DNA from: a bacterium
GTDB lineage: Bacteria; Bacillota; Clostridia; Oscillospirales; CAG-272
Assembly (NCBI GenBank): GCA_963627065.1
Contig: CAVGAA010000001.1
Coordinates: 152,909-216,908, forward strand
Direction of reading: 5' to 3'
DNA length: 64,000 bases
The notes under the pieces were generated by a model. It worked only from the letters and a program-made list of their open reading frames with translations. It had not been told where the DNA came from and searched no databases. The number at the start of each line of letters is the position of its first letter. The stretch's first letter is position 1. A program made the position numbers and the translations under genes. Shown piece after piece: positions 55,140 through 64,000 of this stretch.

Positions 55140-55168
55140 AAAAATGCAAAAAAAATTGCAAAAAGCCC

Positions 55169-55197
55169 TTGCATTTTTGCCGTGTTTATGGTAAAAT
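55169..55197 (+). promoter_or_regulatory. sigma-A type promoter (secG)
   Basis: TTGCAT, 17 nt spacer, TAAAAT with a TGG extended -10. Confidence 0.55.
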
Positions 55198-55271
55198 ATA
55201 TGGGTATATGAATGACGGCTTCCAAGCCCGAAACGGCATCCGGAGCTCGAAAAAATCTAACGGAGGTTATT

Positions 55272-55556
55272 ATGAACAATTTGATTACTTTTCTCGCAGC
55301 AAGTGCCGGAACTGTTTGGACATGGATTCTCGGCGGTATTGCAATTGCACTTGCCATTGTCATTTCGGTAGCGGTAGCCCTGCAACCTTCCAAAGAAGGC
55401 GGACTTTCCAGCTCAATCGTCGGTAGCGGTGACAGTTTCTTCGGCAAATCCGGCGGAATGACGAAAGAAAAATGGCTTTCAAGACTGACGCTCATCTGCT
55501 CCATTATTTTGGTAGTTGTTGCATCCGTCCTGACCATTCTCGTTATCAAGCTGTAA
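55272..55556 (+). CDS. secG: preprotein translocase subunit SecG
   Basis: 94 aa. Two TM helices flanking a Gly/Ser-rich loop (SKEGGLSSSIVGSGDSFFGKSGG). GGAGG RBS. Start at 55272 rather than the track start 55212. Confidence 0.8.
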   Translation: MNNLITFLAASAGTVWTWILGGIAIALAIVISVAVALQPSKEGGLSSSIVGSGDSFFGKSGGMTKEKWLSRLTLICSIILVVVASVLTILVIKL

Positions 55557-55576
55557 AAAGTTTTGTCAAAACCATT

Positions 55577-55607
55577 AACCGGTGTGCCGACTGCCACCGG
55601 TTTTTTC
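55577..55607 (+). terminator. rho-independent terminator after secG
   Basis: Stem aaccggtg / caccggtt, then TTTT. Confidence 0.75.
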
Positions 55608-55618
55608 ATAGGAGATAT

Positions 55619-56038
55619 ATGGATATTCGCATTTATAATGTGTTACCGCAGACCGCAAAGAACATTCGCATTTCCGTTTTTCTCGACGAGCAGGGGTTCA
55701 AAGAAGAATTCGATGACATTGACGGCATTGCAAAGCACATCGTCATTTTTGACGGTGAAAAAGCAATCGCAACCTGCCGGTATTTCTTTTCAACCGAACG
55801 AAACTGCTACCTCATCGGGCGTGTTGCTGTCCTGCCGGAATATCGCAAACAACACATCGGTGCTAAACTCCTGCAAACCGCCGAAAACGAAATTGCAAAA
55901 TCAGGCGGAAAAACCGTTGAACTTTCCGCACAGCATACCGCCGTCGGTTTTTACGAAAAGCAAGGTTATATAAACTTACACGATACGCATTACGAAGAAT
56001 TTTGCCTGCACACATGGATGCGGAAAGAACTTTCGTAG
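55619..56038 (+). CDS. GNAT-family N-acetyltransferase
   Basis: Acetyl-CoA motif A (RVAVLPEYRKQHIGAKLL). YEKQGY. Start at 55619 with a GGAG RBS. Confidence 0.8.
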   Translation: MDIRIYNVLPQTAKNIRISVFLDEQGFKEEFDDIDGIAKHIVIFDGEKAIATCRYFFSTERNCYLIGRVAVLPEYRKQHIGAKLLQTAENEIAKSGGKTVELSAQHTAVGFYEKQGYINLHDTHYEEFCLHTWMRKELS

Positions 56039-56052
56039 TATCTGTTTTTCTA

Positions 56053-56081
56053 TTGACAAATTTTCGCAAAAGTGTTATAAT
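56053..56081 (+). promoter_or_regulatory. sigma-A type promoter (uvrB)
   Basis: TTGACA, 17 nt spacer, TATAAT with a TGT extended -10. Confidence 0.65.
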
Positions 56082-56099
56082 ATAGATATATTTTAGTTT

Positions 56100-56111
56100 G
56101 TACACAGGTAC
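56100..56111. promoter_or_regulatory. GTAC-N4-GTAC palindrome in the uvrB leader (possible SOS-box variant)
   Basis: gtacacaggtac lies between the predicted transcription start and the ATG at 56115. Confidence 0.3.
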
Positions 56112-56114
56112 GAT

Positions 56115-58112
56115 ATGGCAGAATTTCAACTGAAAAGCGATATGAAACCGACAGGGGATCAACCGACGGCAATCAAAGCCTTGGTAGACGGTTTACAAAA
56201 CGGCGACCGTATGCAAACCCTGCTCGGTGTTACCGGTTCGGGCAAAACTTTTACAATGGCGAATGTCATAGCCCAAATGAACCGACCAACCTTGATTCTC
56301 GAACCGAATAAAACTTTGGCGGCACAGATTTGCTCGGAAATGCGTGAGTTTTTTCCAGACAATGCCGTTGAATTTTTTGTGTCCTATTACGATTACTACC
56401 AACCGGAAGCCTACATCCCGGGGAAAGATATGTACATCGAAAAAGATGCCCTTATCAATGACGAAATCGACCGTTTGCGTCACAGTGCGACAAGTTCACT
56501 TTTTGAACGGCGGGATGTTATCATCGTTGCATCGGTTTCCTGCATCTATTCTTTGGGCGATCCCTCCGAATATCAGGGACTTGTCATTGCCGTTCGCCCG
56601 GGGATGCAGATGCCGAGAGACATTTTCATTCGCAAACTGGTTGCAAACAGTTATAACCGCAACGATTTGTCGCTCACCCGTGATGCATTCCGCGTCAACG
56701 GCGACACCGTGGAGGTTATTCCGGCAAACAGTGCCGATACGGCAATTCGTGTGGAATTTTTCGGTGACGAGATTGACCGAATCGCAGAAATCAATATCGT
56801 AACCGGTGAAGTCATTCGCCGTTTGTCCTATGCCGCAATCTACCCCGCAACGCACTATGCCGTGTCGGATGAGAAAAAAGAGTCCGCTTTGGCGGAAATC
56901 GAACGGGAAATGGAAGACCGTGTCAAAGAATTCGAATCCGAACATAAACTTTTGGAAGCTCAACGCATCCGTGAACGAGTCAAATACGATATTGAAATGT
57001 TGCGTGAAGTCGGTTTTTGTTCCGGAGTGGAAAATTATTCAAGAGTCCTTGCCGGTCGTCCGGCAGGTTCAACACCTTTTACCTTGCTTGATTATTTTCC
57101 TGACGATTACATTATGTTCATCGATGAATCGCACATTATGATTCCGCAGGTGCGAGGCATGAGCGGAGGGGACTCCGCAAGAAAGAAAAACTTGGTTGAC
57201 TACGGTTTTCGTCTTCCGTCCGCTTACGATAACAGACCGCTCTACTTTCCGGAGTTTGAGCAAAGTATCCGCCAAGCCGTTTTTGTCAGTGCTACCCCCG
57301 GGGAATATGAAGAAACCCACTCCACGCAGACTGTCGAACAGATTATCCGCCCGACGGGACTTCCCGATCCCGTCATTGAGGTGCGACCGATTGCGGGACA
57401 AATCGACGATCTGCTCGGAGAAATCCGCATGAGAGCCAAAAAGAATGAACGTGTGCTTGTTACGACATTGACGAAAAAAATGGCGGAAGACCTCACCGAA
57501 TATCTCGAAAATCATGCCGTCAAAGTGCGGTATATTCACTATAACGTCGAAACAATCGAACGCATGGAAATCATCAGGGATTTGCGACTCGGCGTATTCG
57601 ATGTACTGGTCGGAATCAACCTGCTTCGTGAAGGACTTGATATTCCGGAGGTTTCGTTGGTCGCTATTTTGGATGCCGATAAAGAAGGCTTTTTGCGGTC
57701 GGAACGATCACTTATTCAAACGGTTGGCAGAGCCGCACGCAATGCAGAGGGAAAAGTCATTATGTACGCCGACACCGTCACGGATTCTATGAAAGGCACG
57801 ATTGACGAAACCGAGCGACGCCGAAAAATTCAGATTTCCTACAACGAAGCTCACGGAATCGTCCCGAAAACCGTTATCAAAGGCGTGCGTGACATTATCG
57901 AAATCGGTTCGAAAGACGATAAAAGAAATAGCAAGAAGAGCAAGAAAGATGTTGCAGGTCGCAAGTTGACCGCATCTGAAAAAGAAAAATTGATAGCGGA
58001 ACTCACACACGAAATGAAAAGTTCCGCCTCAAAGCTGGAATTCGAAAAAGCGGCATTCCTGCGTGACAAAATCAAGCAGATACGAGAGGGGAAGACGGAC
58101 GAAAATGCGTAA
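56115..58112 (+). CDS. uvrB: excinuclease ABC subunit B
   Basis: [14 protein letters not shown]-like box (IDESH). Helicase motifs. C-terminal UVR domain ([13 protein letters not shown]). Confidence 0.95.
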   Translation: MAEFQLKSDMKPTGDQPTAIKALVDGLQNGDRMQTLLGVTGSGKTFTMANVIAQMNRPTLILEPNKTLAAQICSEMREFFPDNAVEFFVSYYDYYQPEAYIPGKDMYIEKDALINDEIDRLRHSATSSLFERRDVIIVASVSCIYSLGDPSEYQGLVIAVRPGMQMPRDIFIRKLVANSYNRNDLSLTRDAFRVNGDTVEVIPANSADTAIRVEFFGDEIDRIAEINIVTGEVIRRLSYAAIYPATHYAVSDEKKESALAEIEREMEDRVKEFESEHKLLEAQRIRERVKYDIEMLREVGFCSGVENYSRVLAGRPAGSTPFTLLDYFPDDYIMFIDESHIMIPQVRGMSGGDSARKKNLVDYGFRLPSAYDNRPLYFPEFEQSIRQAVFVSATPGEYEETHSTQTVEQIIRPTGLPDPVIEVRPIAGQIDDLLGEIRMRAKKNERVLVTTLTKKMAEDLTEYLENHAVKVRYIHYNVETIERMEIIRDLRLGVFDVLVGINLLREGLDIPEVSLVAILDADKEGFLRSERSLIQTVGRAARNAEGKVIMYADTVTDSMKGTIDETERRRKIQISYNEAHGIVPKTVIKGVRDIIEIGSKDDKRNSKKSKKDVAGRKLTASEKEKLIAELTHEMKSSASKLEFEKAAFLRDKIKQIREGKTDENA

Positions 58113-58620
58113 ACGGGTTATAGATCCGAACGAAAAGAAAACTGAATCTATCAAAAAGCGAATGAAACTTTTAGATCCGTTTGCAATTGGTATGTGGTGC
58201 ATCCTGTTTATCATAACCGCTGTTCTGGCGGTGCTTTCCGCACTAACCGGTTTTAACAAAATCGGTTGGTACGGTGATGCTCTCACGCTCTTGGATTGGT
58301 TCGTGGGACTGTTGTCACTTATCAATCTTTTTGCAACATTTTCGGTCGGAATTCGACTTGAAAACGGCGTTGTTGATTTGGGCAAACAGCCGTCCGGTGA
58401 ACGTGAAACTTTCGAATCCTCTCTATTGCTTTCAATTTCTGTAACAGATGTCAAAGGCGAAGAATTACCGCTTGACAAAAAACTTTGGAAAAATGCATCG
58501 CTCTGCTTTCATCTGTCAGGCGGAAAAACACGTCGGTCACGCACCGCAAGCATTTTAACCGCCCGTCAATTTCACAAAGCAAATCGTTTTTTCGGTCTTG
58601 AAGACCATACAAAAGGATAA
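58105..58620 (+). CDS. hypothetical membrane protein (171 aa) between uvrB and uvrA
   Basis: The ATG at 58105 overlaps the uvrB stop by 8 nt. Two TM helices ([41 protein letters not shown]), then a soluble tail. No family recognised. Confidence 0.45.
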   Translation: MRKRVIDPNEKKTESIKKRMKLLDPFAIGMWCILFIITAVLAVLSALTGFNKIGWYGDALTLLDWFVGLLSLINLFATFSVGIRLENGVVDLGKQPSGERETFESSLLLSISVTDVKGEELPLDKKLWKNASLCFHLSGGKTRRSRTASILTARQFHKANRFFGLEDHTKG

Positions 58621-58625
58621 ATAAT

Positions 58626-61460
58626 ATGCCAAATCAAATTTCCATCCGCGGTGTGCGGGTACACAATCTGAAAAATATCGACATCGACATTCCCCGTGAC
58701 AAACTGGTCGTTCTTACGGGACTTTCCGGTTCGGGGAAATCTTCACTCGCATTCGACACCATTTACGCCGAAGGACATCGCCGTTTTGTCGAATCGCTCT
58801 CATCTTATGCAAGAATGTTTTTGGGACAACTCGACAAACCCGACATTGATTCGATTGAGGGCTTATCACCCGCAATAGCAATCGACCAGAAAACCACATC
58901 CAAAAATCCTCGTTCGACTGTCGGAACGGTAACCGAAATTTACGATTATCTCCGTTTGCTCTATGCCAGAATCGGCATTCCGCACTGCCCGATCTGCGGG
59001 AAAGAAATCCGCCAGCAGACAACCGACCAAATCATTGACCGCATTCTTGCTTTTCCGGAAGGGACTCGTTTTCTCATTCTCGCACCGGTTGTGCGTGGTC
59101 AAAAGGGAATGCACGAAAAAGTTTTGGCGGATGCCAAAAAGAAAGGCTATGTCCGTGTACGGGTAGACGGAAATCTCTATGACCTTTCCGAAGAAATCAA
59201 ACTCGATAAAAACAAAAAACACAATATTGAAATTATTGTTGACCGTCTTGTCATGCGTGACGGCGTGGAATCAAGACTTTCCGATTCGGTCGAGAATGCA
59301 CTGTCGGTCGCAGACGGACATTTGATTGTCGTCACATCACCACGAGAGGGCGAGGGAGATCCGCAGGAACTCGAATTTTCGCAAACCTATGCCTGCGAGG
59401 AACATAACATTTCCTTCGGTGAACTCGAACCCCGTATGTTTTCCTTCAACAGTCCGGTCGGTGCTTGTCCGCACTGTGCGGGACTCGGTGAGATGCGAAG
59501 AATCGCCGTCGACCGACTGATCCCGAATAAAAAATTATCGCTGTCGCAAGGTGCAATTGCTGTCAACGGATTTAAAACGCTCGAAGAAGAAAGTTGGAAT
59601 GGTCCGCTCTTTTCGGCAGTCGGTGAGCGTTTCGGCTTCACCCTTGATATGCCAATCGAACAGTTTACGGACGATCAATACCAAAAATTGCTTTACGGAA
59701 CGGGTGACGAAATTTACGATATTCACCGCTGGTTCGGAAAAGAAGAACACCACCAAAAAGCAAAGTTCGAAGGACTTGTAAAATTGATTCAGAACCGTGC
59801 CGAAACATGGGGAATGGATTATTACGATCAATTCATCGAAGAAGCACCTTGCCCCGAATGCCATGGACAAAGACTCTCGCCGAATGTTTTGGCTGTAACG
59901 GTCGGCGGACTGAATATTCAGGAATTTTGTGCATTGTCAATCGATAAAGCACTCGATTTTATCAATCATCTGGAGCTCACAGAGAGCGAGGGCAAGATCG
60001 CTGCGGAAATTCTCAAAGAAATCCGTTCCAGACTCGGATTTCTCGTAAGTGTCGGTTTGAATTATCTGTCACTTTCCAACAAATCAGGAACCTTGTCGGG
60101 GGGTGAGGCACAACGGATTCGCCTTGCAACGCAGATCGGTTCGTCGCTTGTCGGTGTGTTATATATTCTCGACGAGCCGAGCATCGGACTGCATCAAAGG
60201 GACAATTCCAAGTTGATAGCAACGCTCAAACGCCTGCGTGATCTCGGTAATACCGTTATTGTCGTAGAGCATGATGAAGAAACCATGGAATCGGCAGATT
60301 GGCTCATCGATATCGGTCCGGGGGCGGGCATTCACGGCGGTCGTGTGGTCGCTGAGGGGATACCTGCCGATGTCATGGCAAACCCGAACTCGATAACCGG
60401 TGATTATCTATCGGGACGAAAATTTATACCCGTCCCCGCAACTCGCAGGACCGGAAACGGAAGTTTTCTGAAAGTGCGTGGGGCATCGCAAAATAATCTC
60501 AAACATCTGAATGTCGATATTCCGCTCGGATGTTTCGTCTGTGTGACCGGTGTTTCCGGTTCGGGAAAATCATCGCTTGTCAACGATATTCTCTATCCGT
60601 ATCTCGCCGATAAACTCAATCATGCTCAAACATACCCGGGGAAAGTCGATTCAATCGAGGGCATTGAGCAACTCGACAAAGTCATCGCCATTGATCAGAG
60701 TCCCATCGGGCGTACACCCCGTTCCAATCCTGCAACCTATACGGGACTTTTCACCGATATTCGGGATTTGTTCGCAAAAACGAAAGATGCAAAAGCAAAA
60801 GGATTCAAATCCGGTCGATTTTCTTTCAATGTCAAGGGCGGAAGATGTGAGGCGTGCGAGGGCGACGGTGTGAAATGCATCGAAATGCATTTTTTGCCGG
60901 ATGTTTACGTTACTTGCGACGTCTGCAAAGGCAAACGCTACAACCGTGATACGCTCGATGTCCATTATAAAGGAAAGAATATTTCGGATGTACTCGAAAT
61001 GACGGTTGAGGAAGGCTTGACATTTTTTGACGGTCTACCGAATATTCAACGCAAACTGCAAACGCTTTACGATGTCGGTCTGGGGTACGTGAAAATCGGT
61101 CAGTCTTCGACAACGCTCTCCGGAGGCGAGGCACAGCGTGTCAAGCTTGCCACAGAACTTGCCAAAAAGGGAACGGGCAAAACAATTTACATTCTCGACG
61201 AACCGACAACGGGACTCCACACGGCGGATGTTGCCAAACTGCTCGATATTCTGCAACGGCTTTGTGATGCCGGAAATACCGTTCTTGTCATCGAACACAA
61301 TCCGGACATCATCAAAAGTGCCGATTGGATTATCGATTTAGGACCTGAAGGCGGTGACGGCGGAGGAACACTCATGGCAGAAGGAACACCCGAAGAGGTC
61401 GCAAAGGTGGAAAAATCTTTCACGGGACAGTATCTCAAACGCTGGCTTTCTAAAAAATAA
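58626..61460 (+). CDS. uvrA: excinuclease ABC subunit A
   Basis: Two ABC modules ([20 protein letters not shown]; LSGGEAQR twice). Zinc-finger Cys pairs. 944 aa. Confidence 0.95.
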   Translation: MPNQISIRGVRVHNLKNIDIDIPRDKLVVLTGLSGSGKSSLAFDTIYAEGHRRFVESLSSYARMFLGQLDKPDIDSIEGLSPAIAIDQKTTSKNPRSTVGTVTEIYDYLRLLYARIGIPHCPICGKEIRQQTTDQIIDRILAFPEGTRFLILAPVVRGQKGMHEKVLADAKKKGYVRVRVDGNLYDLSEEIKLDKNKKHNIEIIVDRLVMRDGVESRLSDSVENALSVADGHLIVVTSPREGEGDPQELEFSQTYACEEHNISFGELEPRMFSFNSPVGACPHCAGLGEMRRIAVDRLIPNKKLSLSQGAIAVNGFKTLEEESWNGPLFSAVGERFGFTLDMPIEQFTDDQYQKLLYGTGDEIYDIHRWFGKEEHHQKAKFEGLVKLIQNRAETWGMDYYDQFIEEAPCPECHGQRLSPNVLAVTVGGLNIQEFCALSIDKALDFINHLELTESEGKIAAEILKEIRSRLGFLVSVGLNYLSLSNKSGTLSGGEAQRIRLATQIGSSLVGVLYILDEPSIGLHQRDNSKLIATLKRLRDLGNTVIVVEHDEETMESADWLIDIGPGAGIHGGRVVAEGIPADVMANPNSITGDYLSGRKFIPVPATRRTGNGSFLKVRGASQNNLKHLNVDIPLGCFVCVTGVSGSGKSSLVNDILYPYLADKLNHAQTYPGKVDSIEGIEQLDKVIAIDQSPIGRTPRSNPATYTGLFTDIRDLFAKTKDAKAKGFKSGRFSFNVKGGRCEACEGDGVKCIEMHFLPDVYVTCDVCKGKRYNRDTLDVHYKGKNISDVLEMTVEEGLTFFDGLPNIQRKLQTLYDVGLGYVKIGQSSTTLSGGEAQRVKLATELAKKGTGKTIYILDEPTTGLHTADVAKLLDILQRLCDAGNTVLVIEHNPDIIKSADWIIDLGPEGGDGGGTLMAEGTPEEVAKVEKSFTGQYLKRWLSKK

Positions 61461-61466
61461 CAAAAC

Positions 61467-61508
61467 TTACGGCGATATGCATAAAAACATACCGCCGTAA
61501 AATATTTT
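61467..61508 (+). terminator. rho-independent terminator after uvrA
   Basis: Stem ttacggcg / cgccgtaa, with inner tatg / cata pairing, then a T-rich tail. Confidence 0.6.
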
Positions 61509-61550
61509 CTTGTGCAAGAAGTAGATTTGAAACTTTTTTCGAAAAAGGTC

Positions 61551-61579
61551 TTGACTTTAACGCTTTAATGTGGTAAAAT
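61551..61579 (+). promoter_or_regulatory. sigma-A type promoter (amino-acid ABC operon)
   Basis: TTGACT, 17 nt spacer, TAAAAT preceded by TGTGG. Confidence 0.6.
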
Positions 61580-61661
61580 GTTAAAGTAAGAAGGAAGACA
61601 ACAGCTTGATTCCTCAAACCATTTTGCATGACCGAAGGAACGGTCAGAAAGGAAACCTATC

Positions 61662-62474
61662 ATGAAAAAATTAGCTTTAGCACTTGCCGTAATCACATTG
61701 CTTCTCGCAGTCTGCATGACCTCATGCACGAAGAAAACGCAAACCGTTTTCAAACCGGAAGGTGAATCCAAAGGAACGCTTAAAGTCGGCTTTGATGCCG
61801 CTTATCCTCCTTACGGTTACCTCGACACCGAAACCAACCAATACGCAGGTTTCGATATTGAGTATGCAAAACTCGTCTGCGAAAAACTCGGTTACACCTT
61901 GACGCTTGTTCCGATTGACTGGGATCTGAAAGACAAAGAACTCGAATCCGGCAACATCGATTGCATCTGGAACGGCTTCACTTACGAGGGCAGAGAATCC
62001 GAATACGAATGGTCAGACCTCTACCTTGACAACACCATCGTCGTCCTCGTCAAAGCGTCTTCCGGTATCACAGCATTGGCAGATCTCGCAGGAAAGAGTG
62101 TTTCGGTTCAGACAGGTTCTTCCGGACAGTCCGCATTGGATAACAATGCAGATTTGGTCGCATCTTTCAAAGACGGCAAATACAGCACCTGCCCCGACTA
62201 TACGCAAGGATTCAACGAACTGAAAGCAGGTTCGTACGATGCACTCGTCATTGACGAAGCGGTTGCAAAATATCTTGCAGGCGACAACGCCGACTATGTT
62301 ATTCTTACCGAAACCGTCAACAGCGAACGTTACGGTGTCGGTTTCAAGCTCGGAAATACCGCACTTCGTGACATAGTCAATACTGCAATGAAAGAAATTG
62401 CCACAGACGGTGACACTCTTAAAAATCTTGCCGAGAAATACGGCATCGCTCCCGAGGCGATTCTCATCGGTTAA
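61662..62474 (+). CDS. polar amino acid ABC transporter substrate-binding lipoprotein
   Basis: Signal peptide with Cys lipobox region (LLAVCMTSC). SBP_bac_3 pattern (LKVGFDAAYPPYGY, GFDIEYAK, DCIWNGFT). Confidence 0.88.
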   Translation: MKKLALALAVITLLLAVCMTSCTKKTQTVFKPEGESKGTLKVGFDAAYPPYGYLDTETNQYAGFDIEYAKLVCEKLGYTLTLVPIDWDLKDKELESGNIDCIWNGFTYEGRESEYEWSDLYLDNTIVVLVKASSGITALADLAGKSVSVQTGSSGQSALDNNADLVASFKDGKYSTCPDYTQGFNELKAGSYDALVIDEAVAKYLAGDNADYVILTETVNSERYGVGFKLGNTALRDIVNTAMKEIATDGDTLKNLAEKYGIAPEAILIG

Positions 62475-62508
62475 TCGCACCACAAAATACTGAAAGGAAA
62501 CATTCGTT

Positions 62509-63177
62509 TTGTCCTTTTTGAATATGCTTTCCATGCTCGGAAACGGCATGGTAACGTCACTTGTCATCTTCCTTGTAACACTGCTTTTCTCACTTCCGCT
62601 CGGAATGCTCATCTGTTTCGGCAGAAGATCGAAAAATCGTGTGATTGCCTGCATCTTCCGTGTTTATATTTCCGTTATGCGTGGCACACCGTTGATGTTG
62701 CAGTTGGTCGTTGTCTATTTCGCACCTTATACATTGTTCGGCGTTTCGCTCGGAACACTGTTCGGCGGGAATTATCGGTTGATTGCGGTTCTTATCGGAT
62801 TCGTAATCAACTACGCCGCATATTTTGCGGAAATCTACCGTTCGGGAATCGAATCGGTTCCCGTCGGTCAGTATGAAGCCGCTAAGGTACTCGGTTACGG
62901 CAAATCGCAAACATTCCTGCATATCATTTTACCGCAATTGGTTCGCCGAGTCCTGCCGACCGTCACGAATGAGGTCATCACTCTTATTAAGGACACCTCA
63001 CTTGCCTATACGATCGGTGTTGTGGAAATGTTCACTGTTGCAAAGCAGATAACTGCCGCCGAAACCGATATGACCGCTTTGTTCGTCGCCGGTGCAATCT
63101 ATTACGTTTTCAACTTTATCGTTGCATTCGGTATGGAACGGTTGGAACGCAGACTCAATACTTACAGCATTCGTTGA
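62509..63177 (+). CDS. amino acid ABC transporter permease (His/Glu/Gln/Arg type)
   Basis: EAA-like loop (YEAAKVLGYGKSQTFLHIILPQ). Five TM helices. TTG start 9 nt after AAAGGA. ATG 62524 is an alternative start. Confidence 0.88.
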   Translation: MSFLNMLSMLGNGMVTSLVIFLVTLLFSLPLGMLICFGRRSKNRVIACIFRVYISVMRGTPLMLQLVVVYFAPYTLFGVSLGTLFGGNYRLIAVLIGFVINYAAYFAEIYRSGIESVPVGQYEAAKVLGYGKSQTFLHIILPQLVRRVLPTVTNEVITLIKDTSLAYTIGVVEMFTVAKQITAAETDMTALFVAGAIYYVFNFIVAFGMERLERRLNTYSIR

Positions 63178-63192
63178 GAGGAGATTCGGACT

Positions 63193-64000
63193 GTGAAATT
63201 ATTGGAAATGAAACATCTCCGAAAATCTTTTCGGGAAGGTGTAACGGTTCTTGACGACCTGTCACTGTCGGTCGAAGAAGGGGAAGTCCTTGTTCTCATC
63301 GGTTCGTCCGGTTCAGGAAAATCGACCGCACTTCGTTGTGTCGCACAACTCGAAACCGTTGACAGCGGTGAGATTGATATTTGCGGAGAAGTTTTGGTAC
63401 ATACCGAAACGGTTACCGACAAAAAAGGTAATTCGAAAGACGTAGCAATTTACGCATCGCCGGCAGAACGAAAAAAACTGCTCGAATGTGTCGGAATGGT
63501 TTTCCAAAGTTTTAATCTCTTTCCGCACATGACGGTCCTTAAAAATATTACCGATGCACCGATTCGGGTTCTCGGAAAATCCAAAGAAGAAGCCGAAAAT
63601 GATGCAAAAGAACTGCTTGCGACAATGGGACTTGCCGACAGAGCCGATGCATACCCGTGCGAACTTTCCGGCGGTCAACAGCAAAGAGTTTCAATCGCAA
63701 GAGCCTTGGCAATGAAACCACGAGTTCTGCTTTTTGACGAGCCGACATCTGCACTCGATCCGGAACTCACCGGTGAGGTTCTGAAAGTTATTCGCAACCT
63801 GAAAACAGCGGGACATACCATGGTGATTGTCACGCATGAAATGGCATTTGCTAAATCGGTTGCAGATCGTGTCATTTATATGCGGGGAGGCATTATCGAG
63901 GCGGAAGGAACACCGGACGAGGTCTTCGGACAAAACGAAAATGAAAATCTACGCCGATTTCTCAGCGGTATGCAGGACAAATCGGAAGACGAAATTATCA
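63193..64000 (+). CDS. amino acid ABC transporter ATP-binding protein (3' end outside the window)
   Basis: My own translation from GTG 63193: VKLLEMKHLRKSF...GSSGSGKST (Walker A), LSGGQQQR, LLFDEPTSALD, VTHEM. The frame is still open at 64000. Confidence 0.88.
   Translation, partial: MKLLEMKHLRKSFREGVTVLDDLSLSVEEGEVLVLIGSSGSGKSTALRCVAQLETVDSGEIDICGEVLVHTETVTDKKGNSKDVAIYASPAERKKLLECVGMVFQSFNLFPHMTVLKNITDAPIRVLGKSKEEAENDAKELLATMGLADRADAYPCELSGGQQQRVSIARALAMKPRVLLFDEPTSALDPELTGEVLKVIRNLKTAGHTMVIVTHEMAFAKSVADRVIYMRGGIIEAEGTPDEVFGQNENENLRRFLSGMQDKSEDEII

Overview
The window looks like a chromosomal segment of a Gram-positive anaerobe, probably Clostridia-like. This rests on sigma-A promoters with TRTG-extended -10 boxes, a HydABC-type [FeFe] hydrogenase operon, and the gene orders dgt-dnaG-rpoD and phoH-ybeY-era-recO-mutS2. 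The taxon cannot be confirmed from the sequence alone. I call about 54 protein-coding genes, nearly all on the + strand and tightly packed, many with ATGA start/stop overlaps. Most are housekeeping: translation (rpmE, gltX, glnS, hflX, era, ybeY), replication and repair (dnaG, rpoD, recO, mutS2, uvrB, uvrA, an SbcCD-like yhaO/yhaN pair), redox (hydCBA, nadE), sugar handling (galE, galM, GH20, GH36, msmX-type ATPase, a large solute-binding lipoprotein) and an amino-acid ABC transporter that runs off the 3' end. I saw no rRNA, tRNA, CRISPR array, transposase or integrase. There is no clear-cut new multi-gene system. The items most worth a second look are: (1) a compact orphan glycyl-radical-enzyme homologue beside an AraC regulator; (2) HydA with a Cys-to-Ser change in the H-cluster TSCCP motif; (3) a recurrent TTGCACAA motif almost confined to long intergenic regions, present as direct and inverted repeats; (4) a translationally coupled yhaO-yhaN-HAD cassette whose Rad50-like ATPase has a membrane hairpin where the hook would be; (5) an autocleavable XRE-S24 repressor divergent from a well-expressed small membrane protein; (6) an HTH-TPR (RNPP-like) regulator with a stop/start-coupled 25-codon ORF. 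All family assignments come from motif recognition by eye, not from database searches.
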